Notes: generated by a model from the letters alone, not told the origin. A stretch of 64,000 nt of DNA from Azolla caroliniana (GCA_043228905.1 JBHGNT010000021.1:9362001-9426000); one strand, 5' to 3'. Numbered from the stretch's first letter, positions 50,301 through 63,899 are shown. Numbers and translations are program-made.

Positions 50301-53300
50301 GGTGGACCAGCATAACTCACTGTTACCTGGTTTAAGGCCTTTCTTGGCCGGTTCGGTCTTCGTTGTTGAAGATCTGCCTTTCTTCTTGCCGGAGTCGGAT
50401 GCACACCGATCCGCCTCATCGTCTCCTCAGTTCCTTGCGCGGGGAGTGCACGACAGAGTCTCCACTACTCGCCGGTTCCTCATCGGACTGAACAGATTGA
50501 TTTAGTCTCTCATTCGGCCAGCTCAACCAAAACGATTCCGGACTCTCATCTTGAGTCCACGCTTCATCATCATCTACTTGGGCCAGTTCAGGCTCACTAG
50601 CCTCATCGTCGAGCATCGGGTCGGATTCGGAAATCGGGGCCGATAAGGAGTACCACGATGCCGATTCATCGAACTCAACATCTCGACTAACTTGAACCTG
50701 CTTTGTCCAGGGGTTATAACACTTATAACCCTTTTTCTCTTGAGCACATATGCAATGCTGCGGAAGATCTTAAGGTGTCTCAAATTCGGCTTGCGCCTGA
50801 AATACAGCTCGTGAGCTGACACCTTGTCACCGATCCGATTCAGGATGTAGACAGTCGTTCGGACTGCCTCCGCCCAGTAGAATTTGGGCATGCTCTTCTC
50901 CTCCAGCATTGCCCTTGCCACATCAATAAGCGACCGGTTCTTCCTCTCGGCAACACCGTTCTGTTGCAGTGTGTATCTACAGTTGAACTCTCACCGAATT
51001 CCCTTTTGCTGCAGATAACTATTGAATTGGCCGGAAAAGTATTCTTTTCCGCCATCCGACCGCAAGCATTTGATCTTCCTCTCCGATTCCTGTTCCACCA
51101 TGCTTTGGAGACTCCGGAAACACTCGAAGACTTCACTCTTCCGCTCAATGAGGTAGATCCATGTGTGTCGCGTATAGTTGTCGATAAAGGAGACGAAATA
51201 TCGACTCCCGCCAAGACTAACATTCTGTGCCGGTCCCCACAGATTCGAATGGATAAGGTCGAGCTTGTTATGGCTCCGGTTACGTTCGGTAGGGAATAGA
51301 AGCCGGTGTTGCTTCCCGAGTTAGCAGGCTTCACATACTTGGGCCTTCCGACCGCTGAACTTCGGCAAACCAAAAACAACTTGTTTCGCTTGCAGGTCTT
51401 GAAGCCTCCCGTAATTGACATGGCCTATCCGCTTGTGCCACAGCTCGATGTCCGATTGACCTTCTATCCTTTTGCAAACAGAGCGGTGCCGACGTCATTG
51501 GTGTCGAGGATAAACATCCTCTCATCTTTGCGCCCTTGCGCCATAATTTGGCCCTCCTCCTGGATGAAGCACCCGAGGTGCGTACACCGCACCTGCATCC
51601 CTTGGTCGACGATCTGTCCGACCGACACCAAGTTCTTCGTGATTGTCGGAACGTGTAATACGTTCATCAGCTTCCCCTTCTGTCCAACATGGCTCAAAGG
51701 GACTTCTCTGACATGTAGAATTGGGTGAGGAGTGTTGTCTCCGGTTTCGACTACTCCTGGTTGATCTAGTTTCTTCAAAAAGGAGAACCACTCTTTGTGG
51801 TTCTGCATTTGGTTCGACGCACCGGAATCAACATACCACACTTCCTCCGATTGGGAAGTGGTCTTCTTCATCGAGTTCGCCTCATGCTTCATCACCAAGG
51901 CTAGCTCGTTACCGTTCTTGGATCCTCCCGATCCCTTCACGTAGTGCGAGCTTTGCCGGCCATCCTTGTCGGCCTTGCCAGATCAGGATTTGTCCAAATC
52001 GGCGTGTTTTCTCTGGCACTCGCTCTCTCTGTGGCCCTTTTTGCCACAGTACCAACATTCCGTTGCAGTCTTCTCTTGCCGTCTTCCGGTGCCGCCATGA
52101 CTCCCGCTACTCCCAGAGGGTTTGGAACTGTTGTCGGCACGTTCTCTGTGCCTTTGTTCCTGGTCTTGCCGGCCGCCTCCATTGCGTGCCGACCCGCCTC
52201 GTCCACCACGTGTACAACATCCGGCTGTCAATGGGTGCACTAGTTGACGCACCGACGTGGTTCTCCTCTACAAGGAGCATCGACTGTAAGTCGAAAAATG
52301 ACAGCGTATTCTGCCTTGTACATATCGTCGTTCGGAACACTCTGAACTTAGATGCCAGGCCCCCAAGACAGACCTGTACCATCTCGTCTTCCTCTATGGT
52401 AACGTTGATAGAGGCAAGCGAGTCATAGATCTCTTTGATTTGGGCCGTGTAATCCGCCACCGACATGTCCTTCTATCGGACATTGCTTAACTCATGTCGG
52501 AGTTGCAGCTTCCGGGCTGTAGTGCTCGCAGCGAAAACCTTCTTTAGGTTTCCCCAAGCCTCCTTTAGCGTCTTGGTGTCCTAGATGTGGCTCAGCAGCT
52601 GGTCTCCGACACTGGACGCGAAGCAGTACATCACTCTGCTTGCCAATTGTTCCCACACTGGGAAGTCCTTATGTGCCGCATCAGGTGCTGTTTCATTGGC
52701 TCCTTCGACGAAACTCTAGTAGCCATGCCCAAGAAAGCATTGGTGCATCTTGTACAATCAAGATGCATAGTTGGATCTGTCAAGTTTCTCCACAGGGAGC
52801 GCGCTAGCCATCCCTCCATCCATCACTTCTCTGTCTGTTGTTCTTACGACCTGTTAGGGTTTGCTTTCAAGCGTTTGTCGGCTGCAGAGGTTCTCAACCC
52901 TCGCGCTCTGATACCATGTAAACGATTACTTGTGGAAGCGTTAGAAAACAGAGAAAGCAGAGAATACACAGAGTACACGGGAGAGACAGAGAGAGCAGAA
53001 CGTAAAAGCTATATTCAAAACAATATAGACACTCTGTGTTTACAACTGTGCTCATTAGCACTATTTATACAAGTCCTCATGGAACTGACAAAAGTACCGC
53101 GTACTTCAATGCTCACACGAACATCTGACACATACTACGAGACTATAACTACCTAGTAGTCTAAACTAATACTAGGCCTCCGGTTACTGTCTGGATCTGG
53201 CTAACCAGCTCCCCAGCTCACCAGCTCTGTTGCTTGCCGGCTCGGTTGTTCATGGCTTACCGATCCGTCTCACTTGTCGGCTCAGGCTTATTTAGCCGGT

Positions 53301-53918
53301 CCGGCTCTAGTTGAGCTTGCCGCTCAACAAGTTCACTCTACCCTTGATGTTAGTAGAAGCACTTTTTCAACTTGTAGTCTTTATACATAGGATATATAGC
53401 CAACCACATGATAGAATATCCCATCAAGCCTTTAAGGCCTGTCGATCACTATATGAGTCTAGCTATACTAGCTCATGGTATGGCATGATGGTGACTTGGC
53501 TTCTTGTGAATGGTCTAGACATTAATAACCTCCCCCCCTTAAGTACGGCCACGCGATTAATAACACTTTAATCTCTCATGAGGGCCGAAATAAAGTAATA
53601 CGCCAAGAAATATGGAAAATTTACACTCGGTATAAATGGATCACCCCACTAGAGCCACTCCCATCTAAATGTTGTACTATGACGAACACTTCATGCACTT
53701 TTCTAAGTTAGGTTTTATTACACGGTCAAAATACCTAGATGTATTCTTACCACATGCACTAAGGGTTGCCATTGGTCAACTTAGAATATCATCTCACCAA
53801 CTTGAGATTGAGCATGGACATATTAATGGAGTTCCTAGGGAGGAAAGGATATGTAGGTTATGCCATGTAGAGATAGAGGATGAGTACCACTTTACATGCA
53901 AATGTCCCACCTATGCCG
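44400..53918 (+). mobile_element. RTEX-like LINE, family 2 copy b; truncated at both ends and split by Copia F
   Basis: Colinear with ~37998-41771; segments 44400-47559 and 53330-53918. Confidence 0.88.
47560..53329 (-). mobile_element. Ty1/Copia element F, structurally complete but degenerate
   Basis: LTRs 47560-48008 and 52917-53329 (left one has an extra 36-bp tandem unit); perfect TSD agttc; PBS gctctgatacca 52905-52916; PPT 48009-48020. Confidence 0.95.
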
Positions 53919-56728
53919 TCTCCCTTATATGCTGCTAGGGTATGGGAAGTATCCCACTAAGTATTACGCGCAGATGCTACTATTCGTTGTTACACAGTCA
54001 CTTGGAGGTCTAGGTCGAAGGATTGACCATAGACCGTGTTCCTAATCGGTAACACTTTTGGCACGCTTGGTGATCTGTGTCTTCTCATAGACAAACAACG
54101 ATGAATGGATGTTTAGCCGCAGACGCCCCAAAGAACCAACACGACCCGACTAGCCAATCACAAGGTCCATCACACGCCAGGCAGAGGAATGCGCACGGCA
54201 AAAGCCTCGCCTAAGCGACCTCAGCACGACCTGTCAGGACCACAAAGGTGATCTCCCGCTCTCCACATACCTCGGCGATACACGGGAAGCGTGCTCACCA
54301 CAACAACACTGTGGTCTTTCCCTAACCGCCGTAGCCCCCATCATGGCCTTTGCCTATCCCCGCTTTAACGGCGAAACTGACGCCGCAACCCACATTCGCC
54401 TGTTCCTCAATGTCTTGAATGCAAACCACATGGCGCAGAACCTTTCGGAGGCAATAGCGCACCAGTCCAAAATGACGGAGTTCGGGTTAACATTGGATGG
54501 GTGAGTGGCGTTTTGGCATTCGCAAATGGATCTGCCAGCAATCACGACCTTTGACTAGATGCAATCCACCTTTTTGCGGTTCTTCCATTAGAGGGTTCCA
54601 CAACGTGAAATCCTCGGGCAGTTCTACACAATTAAGCAGCTGCCGACCGAGACGATTGTGGATTTCAACTTACGTTTCCAAAATTTACGGCGGAAATTAG
54701 AACAGGGCCCGGCGGAGGACGAGGGTCGGGAGACATTTCTGGCAGCATTACACTGACCCATATGGGCAACGCTCAACAACAATAGCGTGAAAGGGGAAAC
54801 GACCGATATGGTCATCGAACGAGCGCTCGAGCTCGAGTTTTCCATGTCCTCATTATGACAAGCGTTACCTCAAGACGAGGCGCAACATTTTCGTCAAGCA
54901 ATCCAGTGCACGATTTGCTTGAATTCGGGGCATTCCACAGTGGAGTGTAACATGTGAATCCACTGTCCAATCTGTCACTCGAAAGCTCACACAATTGAGC
55001 AGTGCGAATACAATATGTTGAACAGAGCCACGCCCACAATACGCAGCATGGACACACAGCGTCCCCCACGCCGTAATGAACAAAGGAGGCAAGAAGACCG
55101 ACCACGATATATGGATCGCAACCCACGCGACGACCGGCACTACCGGAATCGCCGGAATCAGCACGATTCCGAGGAAGACTACCGTGGTCCCCCCCCAGGT
55201 ATAATAAAGGGGGCCGACGCTATGAGAATTACCGGCCGACAAACAAACGTGGCAGCTTCAACGGACCTCGGCGATATAAGGAAAGCTCGGACGATGACCA
55301 ACACCAAGAACCACGCCGGGACCAATATCAACCACTGCGTATGCTCCGACAAATGAAGCCGGACCGTGAGGAGCAAGTCGCACCGGGGGATCGGCACACA
55401 CCACCAGGGGCCGAGAAGGGCGAATCTGGCATCGATTGTTTTGTTTGTCAGCAGCCCGGACATTATGCCACACAATGCCCAGTACGCAAGGGCAAGGGGC
55501 CCGCTGTCAATACGATTACGACAGAAGTGCAACAAGTCACGACACATTAGCAAACAAAAACGGCAGATTGTGCCCCACAAGATGAGATATGGCGAACAGC
55601 CCAAGCCTGGGTTGAAAAAGCAAACGCGACAAATACGGAACCCATGCGGAAGGAATCCGCAAAAACAATGGAGCTAGTGGAGGATGAAGGACCGGCCCTG
55701 GACTCCATTTGGCAAGCACTAGTAGGCTGCGAGATAACGTTAACCATGGAGAAGCTCTTGCACCTCGTCCCACGCTTCCGCCAGATCGTAGAAGAGCGGG
55801 TGACAGGCATACCCGGGGTGAGCGTCGCTACGAATTTCACAGACATTAGCGACGGACCGTCTGTAGTCGATCACCACAACCCGGCCATTACGTTGATATT
55901 ACACAGTCATGAAATCCCAGGATGCGTAATCGATGGCGGCTTGGGCGTTAATGTAATTAGCGCGAAGACATGCGAGCAGTTAGGAATTTCAGAATGGGAG
56001 GCTTGCTCGTTCTGGTTCCATATGGAAGATACCCGCTCAGTACGACCATTGGGGTTGATACACAAGGTAGGCATTATTGTGGGAGGACATCGCTTCAACA
56101 TCTCGGTGGTAGTCCTCGCCCTGGATGCCCCAGGGGCGTACCTTGTGCTGCTGGGTAGACCGTGGCTTCGTGCAACGAATATCAAGCAGAGCTAGCAACA
56201 CAAGTGTATTAGTTTTCGACACAGACGCACCAAGGTTCGTTTACCAACGGAGGAAGGCACGACACAATCCAAGGGTATAACACCATTATACACGGAAGAT
56301 ATAAATATGTTGGTTGGGGTGGATGATACAGAATTAGAGGCATACCTAGACGAGCATTCGCGGATTATTCCACTGTTCGAAATTGACGTCATCACCACAG
56401 CGACAGAATATGCCACGGCCACTACTCTCCACAACGAGGCTTACGAACCAAACCCAGAGTCAATATTAGAACTAAGCAGAGCACGGGCAGCGTTGGAGAG
56501 GGAAATGGAAATTTCACGACGAGTCACCCCCTCAGCCCTGGAAGAAGTAAACGTGGGTACGGCGTCAGAACCCCATTTTCTCTCCATCGCAAAAGAATTA
56601 CGGCCGGACCAGAGAGACGCGATGATCGAAATATAAATATGTGTTTGCTTGGGCTCACGAGGACATGAAGGGGTTAGATCCGAAGTTCTATCAACATAAG
56701 ATTAATTTAGCAACCGACGCAAACCCGG
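53919..56728 (+). mobile_element. Ty3/Gypsy non-chromovirus (Athila/Tat-like) element G, 5' part
   Basis: LTR remnant ending ggtaaca at 54054; PBS-like tggcacgc at 54059; gag from ~54342 with three CCHC knuckles; protease CVIDGGLGVNVI..LLGRPWL; RT start VFAWAHEDMKGLDP..QHKINL, cut by H. Confidence 0.82.
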
Positions 56729-56989
56729 TGTCGCGAAGTTTCGCGCACGTGTGTTACTTGGGCGGGACCACGGGGGTCTTGGACTAGGGAGTACTCAAGG
56801 GATAGAGAAGACCCGAGGTTTGCTTTACGACAATACTACTTCCCGATCCCTTCCCGAGCAAGGTCTCGTTGCCCTTTGTTTTGTGAGGCCGGTGGCTCAA
56901 ATTGATCACGACTCGTCGACCTTTCGAGATCATCGCACGAGCCAAGTGAGCAAACAGGTACAAGCAAGATGAGCACGCAACATGAACAC

Positions 56990-58265
56990 ACAAGGGGACG
57001 ATAACACAAACACGAATGTCCATACATCTTTATGAGGAGGAGAGGTGCATCGGCACGCCCGAACGCTCCCTCGTCATAAGACGTTGAACGTACGAGGAAG
57101 ACACAAAACACATCCACAAATGCTCGTACGCCTTTATGAGGAGGATAGGTGGATGGGCACGCCCGAAACCCCCCCTCATCACAAGATGGCCGAACTTACA
57201 AGGAAGACACAAACACACACACAAAATGCTCGTACGCCTTTATGAGGAGGAGAGGTGCATGGGCAAGCCCGAACGCTCCCTCGTCACGAGACAACCGAAC
57301 GTACAAGGAAGACACAAACACACACACAAAATGCTCGTACGCCTTTATGAGGAGGAGAGGTGCATGGGCAAGCCCGAAATGGTCCCTCATCACAAGACGG
57401 CCGAACGTACATGGAAGACATAAACACACACACAAATGCTCGTATGTCTTTATGAGGAGGAGAGGTGCATGGGCACGCCCGAAATGCCCCCCCATCACAA
57501 GACGGCCAAACGTACAAGGAAGACACAAAGACATGCACAAATGCTCGTACGCCTTTATGAGGAGGAGAGGTGCATGGGCAAGCCCGAACGGTCCCCTCGT
57601 CACAAGACGGCCGAACATACAAGAAAGACAAAAACACACGCACAAAATGCTCGTACGCCTTTATGAGGAGAGGTGCATTGGCAAGCCCGAAATGGTCCCT
57701 CATCACGGGACGACTGAATGTACAAGGAAGACACAAACACACGCACAAAATGCTCGTACGCCTTTATGAGAAGGAGAGGTGCATGGGCAAGCCCGAAACG
57801 GTCCCTCGTCACAAGACGGCCGAACATTCAAGGAAGACACACACACACACACAAATGATCGTACGTCTTTATGAGGAGGAGAGGTGCATGGGCACGCCCG
57901 AAACGCTCCCACGTCACAAGACAGCCGAACGTACAAGGAAGACACAAACACACACACAAATGCTCGTATGCCTTTATGAGTTTGAGTGGTGCATGGGCAA
58001 GCCCGAACGGTCCCCTCGTCACAAGACGGGCGAACGTACAAGGAAGACACAAACACATGCACAAAATGCTCGTACGCCTTTATGAGGAGGAGAGGTGCAT
58101 GGGCAAGCCTGAAACGGTCCCTCGTTACAAGACGGCCGAACGTACACGGAAGACACAAACACACACATAAATGCTCGTATGTCTTTATAAGGACGAGAGG
58201 TGCATGGGCACGCCCGAAACGCTCGCTCGTCACAAGACGGCCAAACGTACAAGGAAGACACAAAT
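56990..58265. repeat. Tandem array of ~12 x ~105 bp inside the LTR of H
   Basis: tgctcgtac anchor at 57121, 57227, 57332, 57437, 57542, 57648, 57751, 57856, 57961, 58067, 58172. Confidence 0.95.
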
Positions 58266-60274
58266 AAAGAAAGAAGGAGAGAAAGAAACACGAATGATAT
58301 CGACCAAAGAGATAAATACGTGTTCGATTCCAATGCAAAAGAACCCTTTATAAAATAGGGTTTTGTTTACAATGGCAACTTATAGTTAACCACAAGCTCA
58401 ATCAAAATATATTTATATTAAATGCCCTTAGAGACAAAAGCAAATGTGAACACGATGAAGATGAACACACGAGCACCACCAAAATGCCAATCCCAACGAA
58501 CCACAACCACCCAAACGGCGAGCACACGGGCTTGCAACGACGAACGGGGCGAAGCAACGTCGAACCAACGAAGCTTGGGCTCACGAGCACTTCGAGTGCC
58601 AACGCGAAGAAGATGAGCACATGGCGATGGGGGGATGAAGGGGTATGAGAGGAAGAGAAGTCGTGAATAAGAAGATGAAGAGCTTCGAAGGAAAATTGGC
58701 GATAGTCTCCTCCTCCCAAAACGTCCTCCCGAATGAGCCCCCCCTCGACCTCTTTTTATAGGAAAAAATGAAGGGGGGGTTGCCAAATTTGTCTTCAATG
58801 AAAAAGGAATAAAATTCCTTAAATCACACTACACTATAAGTGTAGATTCAAACCGTGCACCTCGAGCTAGTAGTCAATGTGAATATCCACTAGCCCACTA
58901 ACTCTCTCTTATATAATATATAATTCTATATCTATAAATTCTTAACCTGTCTCTCCTCTACATTTTACCTCTCTTCTCTCTTACTTTTTGCACGGACTTC
59001 TATGCATCCTTTCCACTCTTTCTTTTCCCTTTTGTTTTGCATATGCACAACTAATCGCTTTGGTGTGCACACACATTGCGCATGCACATTTTTGACCCCC
59101 CCCCCTTTCGCCGGTTTTTCCCACTCTGGAGCACGCCACATCACGATATCCACCCCCACCAAACCACACATCCTCCGGTATGTGCCAGGAATGGCGGGTT
59201 GAGGGTGGTCAATAGTTCATTTCCTCCTCTTCATTGACCCCGCCCCGTGGCTTGTTGTTTGGTCGCCTATATCTTCATCAAGGACATCGAGGTTTGGCTC
59301 CCTGTCGTGTCTCTTTTTGAAGATTTTGACCCGCTTCCCTACTATTGGTACTGCTAGCTTAGTCCCATTGAGTTCAACAAGGTGGTAGGTAGCATTATTG
59401 TTTACACTCGTTACCACGTACGACGCGAACCATCGCTTTGCGAATTTCCGCATCGAGCTATGTTGATTGTCGAGACTACTATCATAAACAATCACCCAGT
59501 TTCCTTCTTCGATCTTCTGAGGGCATAGTCAGTGTGTCTTGTCGAATCAAGCTTTGTTACTTAGCCTAGCCGCTTCTAACCTCTCCTTTGCCAACTCCTA
59601 GTCTTCGGGTCTTCTCTCAAGTTGCCTTATCCTTGTGGCTAGAAGCTCTTCTCGATTCATCTCGTTTTCCCACGACATCGCTACCCATGAAGTGATCGTG
59701 TCTTCAATGGGCATCATCGGCTTTTGTCCGTACATGAGTTCAGCTGGCATGAAACCTGTAACTGAGGTATGAGTTGTTCTATCGGCCCACAAGGCATAAG
59801 GTAGTAACCGAGGCCAATTCCCGACTCGCCCATCACAAGCTCGTACAATGGCTTTTACGATAGGCCCGTGTCCGCGTTCTATCTTTCCATTAGCCTCCGG
59901 GTTATCAACAATCGTGAGAGAGAGCTTCACTCCAAGTCTGTCAAAGAGCTCTGTAGCTTCGTGAGCGTTCAGCTCTCCTCTGTCGGCCACTATCTTTCCC
60001 ACACATCCGTATTGGCAGATGACATCCTCGAGTAAGAATTTACACACCCCCGCCGTCGTTTTGTTTGCTAAGGCTCACCCTTCTACTTGGTTTGTTAGGT
60101 CTTCTCTTGCTAGCACCAAATATTTCACTTGGCCCACTCCCATCGGCATCGAAACCAAATCCACCATCCATTTGAAGTGTATGGTGAGTTGGTAGGTCGG
60201 GTGCAACTCGTCCCTATGGCGTATGTTGGAGTGTATCTGGCAACTTTCACACGTCCCCACGAAATGGGCGACGG

Positions 60275-61480
60275 TAACAGAGGTGAGAAGATTTTTGGGT
60301 GCATGACTCAAAGGCTTATCAATGTCGAAGAATGCTTAGAGTGAAAGGCACCTCATAGTCGAATGCTTTGCAAACTCGTGGCGTGACTTGCCTAGAAGCG
60401 TAGTGTTGCGTATACAAAAGATATCGTGAAAGTGAGGAAGGAATCATTGGGATTATGGACGGAAGAGACGAAAGAGTAGAAATAGATAAATAGTGATCAA
60501 CAAGATGTGACAAGATAGGATATAGAATGATAATAGAAGCAATAAAAGAGATTTATAATTATTTGATGAAAGAGTTACAAAATAGTTGCGAGCGTTGTTG
60601 AATTTGAACTTTGTCTCACAAGGTAGACCACAATCTTCGCTTCTATCGCTCTTCTCTTTCTTCATAGTAGACCACAATCTTCTCTTCTATCTTTCAATGA
60701 GATAAGACTCAACCCTCCACCCTTTTTGTTGAGAGTTGAGCACCATAACCGCCAACTTAGAGCGTCTCTTGTATATTGACCTTCTTTTCTTCTTTCTCTA
60801 TTGTGAATCTCTTACAACATAACTCTATTTGATATATATAATATAGTTCTTTTGATATTGATCGATTCCTTGATTTCTTGTGACTATACTCCCTTCTCCT
60901 TTTATAGGGAAGAGATGGTTCTACATGTGGGCCATGTGGCGCACATGTAGAGAAGTTCTCGCATGTGTTCTATGTGGTGCACATGCAGAGAGGCTTTTGC
61001 ATGTGTGCTATATGGTGCACATGTGGTACATTTCATGGTTTAAACCGTACAATATTACGACACATATATTTTATATATATCACAAGTATAGGCTAAATGG
61101 TAAGGTTTGAATGCTTGTAAGGCTGGGGTTGTTGGTTCAAGTCCCCTTTTGCCCATGTAATTTGCTATATGGTGTATTACATGGTTTAGACTATAAAATA
61201 CTACTTCAAATAAAACAAGGCATATGATCTCTTGTAACAATGGCTAAATGGTAAGGTAAGAGTGTCATAAGGTGGGGATTATTGGCTCAAATCCTCTCTT
61301 GTCCATGTAATATATAACATATTTATTTATTTATTTACCTCTACATATAATGTATAATATTATGATAGTGTGTTGTTATTATTATCTTTATGTATAAAAT
61401 ATTATCAAGATTTATTTTATTTCACTTACGTATTTATCTTATTGTAGACTTTCAATGTGAAGCTTTCATACTTCACGACA
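60275..61480 (-). mobile_element. Truncated LTR element I (one LTR ~60422-61480 plus ~145 bp of leader) inside the H integrase
   Basis: Termini tatcgtgaa...ttcacgaca; minus-strand TATA (tttatag at ~60901); interrupts the H integrase between KYWWP and VAHFVGTCESCQ; no TSD. Confidence 0.7.
61090..61300 (+). other. Two tandem tRNA-like A/B-box cassettes in LTR I
   Basis: aggctaaatgg 61090 / ggttcaagtcc 61134 (44 nt); tggctaaatgg 61241 / ggctcaaatcc 61284 (43 nt). Confidence 0.6.
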
Positions 61481-63852
61481 CCGGCCACCAATACTTCTCC
61501 TTTAACTTCTCAAATGTTGCCCACGTTCCTCTATGGCCTGCCCAAGGACTCTTGTGGAACTCAGATACCAATGTTCTCTGGTCTTCTTCCTTTATGAACA
61601 CTCGTTGTGACATCCCCGTCCTTCTCTTCGGGTGCCTCCAGAGGAATCCCCCTTGTAGGAAGTACTTGTACGCTTTCTTTCAGACTCTCTATGCCTCTTG
61701 CTTCGACCATGAACTATCCACCGTCATTGAGCTTAAGAACTTGCCAATGTGTAGCCACTCCCCTTCGTATTCACTTTCGTTGAAGGTGTGGAGTACTCAC
61801 ACATCTCGATCATCTATAGACGCTTGGGCCGTCTTAAAGAAGTCAAGAGCGACATCCTCATCTTCAGACACCATGTCACTTTTGTCCTCGAATCTTGCCC
61901 TCGATAGCATATCTGCCATGGCATTGTTCTTCCCTGAAATGTGGTGAATCTCCAAGTTCATTGATTTGATGTAAGCAATCCACCTTAGCATCGCTAGGTC
62001 GGGTGTTGCACATCCTGAAACCATCCCTAGGATTGGAAGACAATCCGTCTCTATTACCACTTCTGACCCGATTAGGTAATCTTTATCCGCATTTACTATG
62101 GACACAATACCCCAAAGCTTGCGTTTTACTTGGGCGTATCCTTGTTGTCGCTCGCTTAAGACCTTGGTTCTGAACCGGATGGCGTAGCGTGTACCATCCT
62201 CCCCTTCTTGGTTTATGACCCATCCGATCCCTATTGGACTCGTATCTACCGTCATGTAGATGGGCACCCCTTCCTTGTATACGGCTTTTCGTAAAGCTAG
62301 TGCTCCTATCAACATTCCTTTGAGCCTCTTCACTGCCTCTATGTGCTCTTCCTCCCACTTGAACTTCAGCCCCTTCTTGAGTAGCCCATACAAGGGCTCG
62401 ACTAGGTGAGCATAGTGCGGGATCCAAATGTGGTAGAATGCACAGGCACCAAGAAATCGCCTCACATCTGTTTGCGATTTACATTCTTCCCTCATGTCTA
62501 TGATGGCGGCCACCTTTGCCAGGGATGGCTTCCGTCCGTATGCCCCGCACAAGTGTCCCACCACAAGGATCTCTGGTTGGCCGAATGCCGATTTCTCACC
62601 CGAGAAGGTCAAGCGTGCATCTTCAAGTCTTTATAGAACCTTCTCGCAATTGGAGATGTGATATGCCACAAAACGTCTGCACCCATCCTTGTCCAAGCTT
62701 TCATCTTTCTCCGCTTCAGAGCACCCTTTTATGGGGATGTCATCGAGGAACAGCATGGTGATGTCGGGGATGCAATCTCTCAATACCTTGTTCATTGCAT
62801 TTACCATGTGGGCTACAGAGTTAGTGCCTCCTTGTGGCAAGGTACACATTCGCACTAGGCTGATAGGGGTCCACATCGTTGTGATGTCCCTACTCTCCAC
62901 AGCTAGTTGGAATTGATCATACCCCAAGTATAGATCACCAATCGAATAAATAGACCTTCCAGCGAAGGCCTCGGCGAATTTGTCAACACTCGGTCCAACC
63001 CCGGCATTTCGAATTGTCACTTGATTAACAAGTTGTAGGTCCTGGATGAAGCGTAATGTGTCGTTCTTCTTTGGCACAGTGAACCACCGATTCGAGTATG
63101 GGGCGCTTGATGGCTCGAGGATACCCATCTCGATCTTTTCCTTGAGTAGCTCAATCAACTTCGGGATGTGAGCTCTCGGAACAAGGATTGGCTTGATGTT
63201 CCACGGTACATGCGGCACCATAAAGATCACCATTGGCTCCACGATCTTAGGGTTTACATACCCTATCTCACCCAACGAGAAGGCAAAAGCCCTTCCGTGG
63301 CTTTCGATCATCCTTCTAAATCTTTCCTCCTCCCTAGGCAATAGGAAGCCACCCCCACAAATCCGGAGCTTCTGTCGTGTCTCATTGGTGAACTAGTGCC
63401 CTATGCCTCGTGGGTCCCGCAAGCTAGGATCAACCACTACCCCCTTTATCCGATCCCAACTATCGTTAGGCAATGGGGCAGCCACAGGCTTCACCTTCTT
63501 GTCCACGGTCTTGTACTTTGTTTGCACCTTGACAATCCTCGCTTCCTCAATCAACCACTCAAGCACTTCGATGGCGGTGTACATGTCAACTGAGTTTACT
63601 GGAATTACCTTTACTGGAATTACCCTCTCCATCTCTCTAAGAGTGTCATCGAACGAGACCGCCTCCATGGCGCTGCTTATGGTGTCATCTTTCCCCAATA
63701 AATTACATTGTTTGAGATATCTTTCGAATCTCTTGGCCCTAGACTTACCTTTATCACTTAAACTAGTAATTTTACAAGCTCCATTTTTGGAGAACCAAAA
63801 TTGTTTCCTTTTACATTTAATAGTTTTACAAGGGTTTAGGGTCTTAGTTTGC

Positions 63853-63899
63853 CTCGGACTATTGCGGCCCCACTCTTTAATAGCCCGAATAAAAAATCC
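63853..63899 (-). promoter_or_regulatory. Putative -1 programmed ribosomal frameshift signal of element H
   Basis: Minus strand GAG GAT TTT TTA contains in-phase G GAU UUU and U UUU UUA, followed by an 11-bp stem; the -1 frame is the pol frame and is open from 63905. Confidence 0.7.

Noticed and set aside
57045-58353. Many overlapping 66-211 aa ORFs
   Set aside because: Artefacts of the 105-bp tandem repeat; unit lengths vary and break frame.
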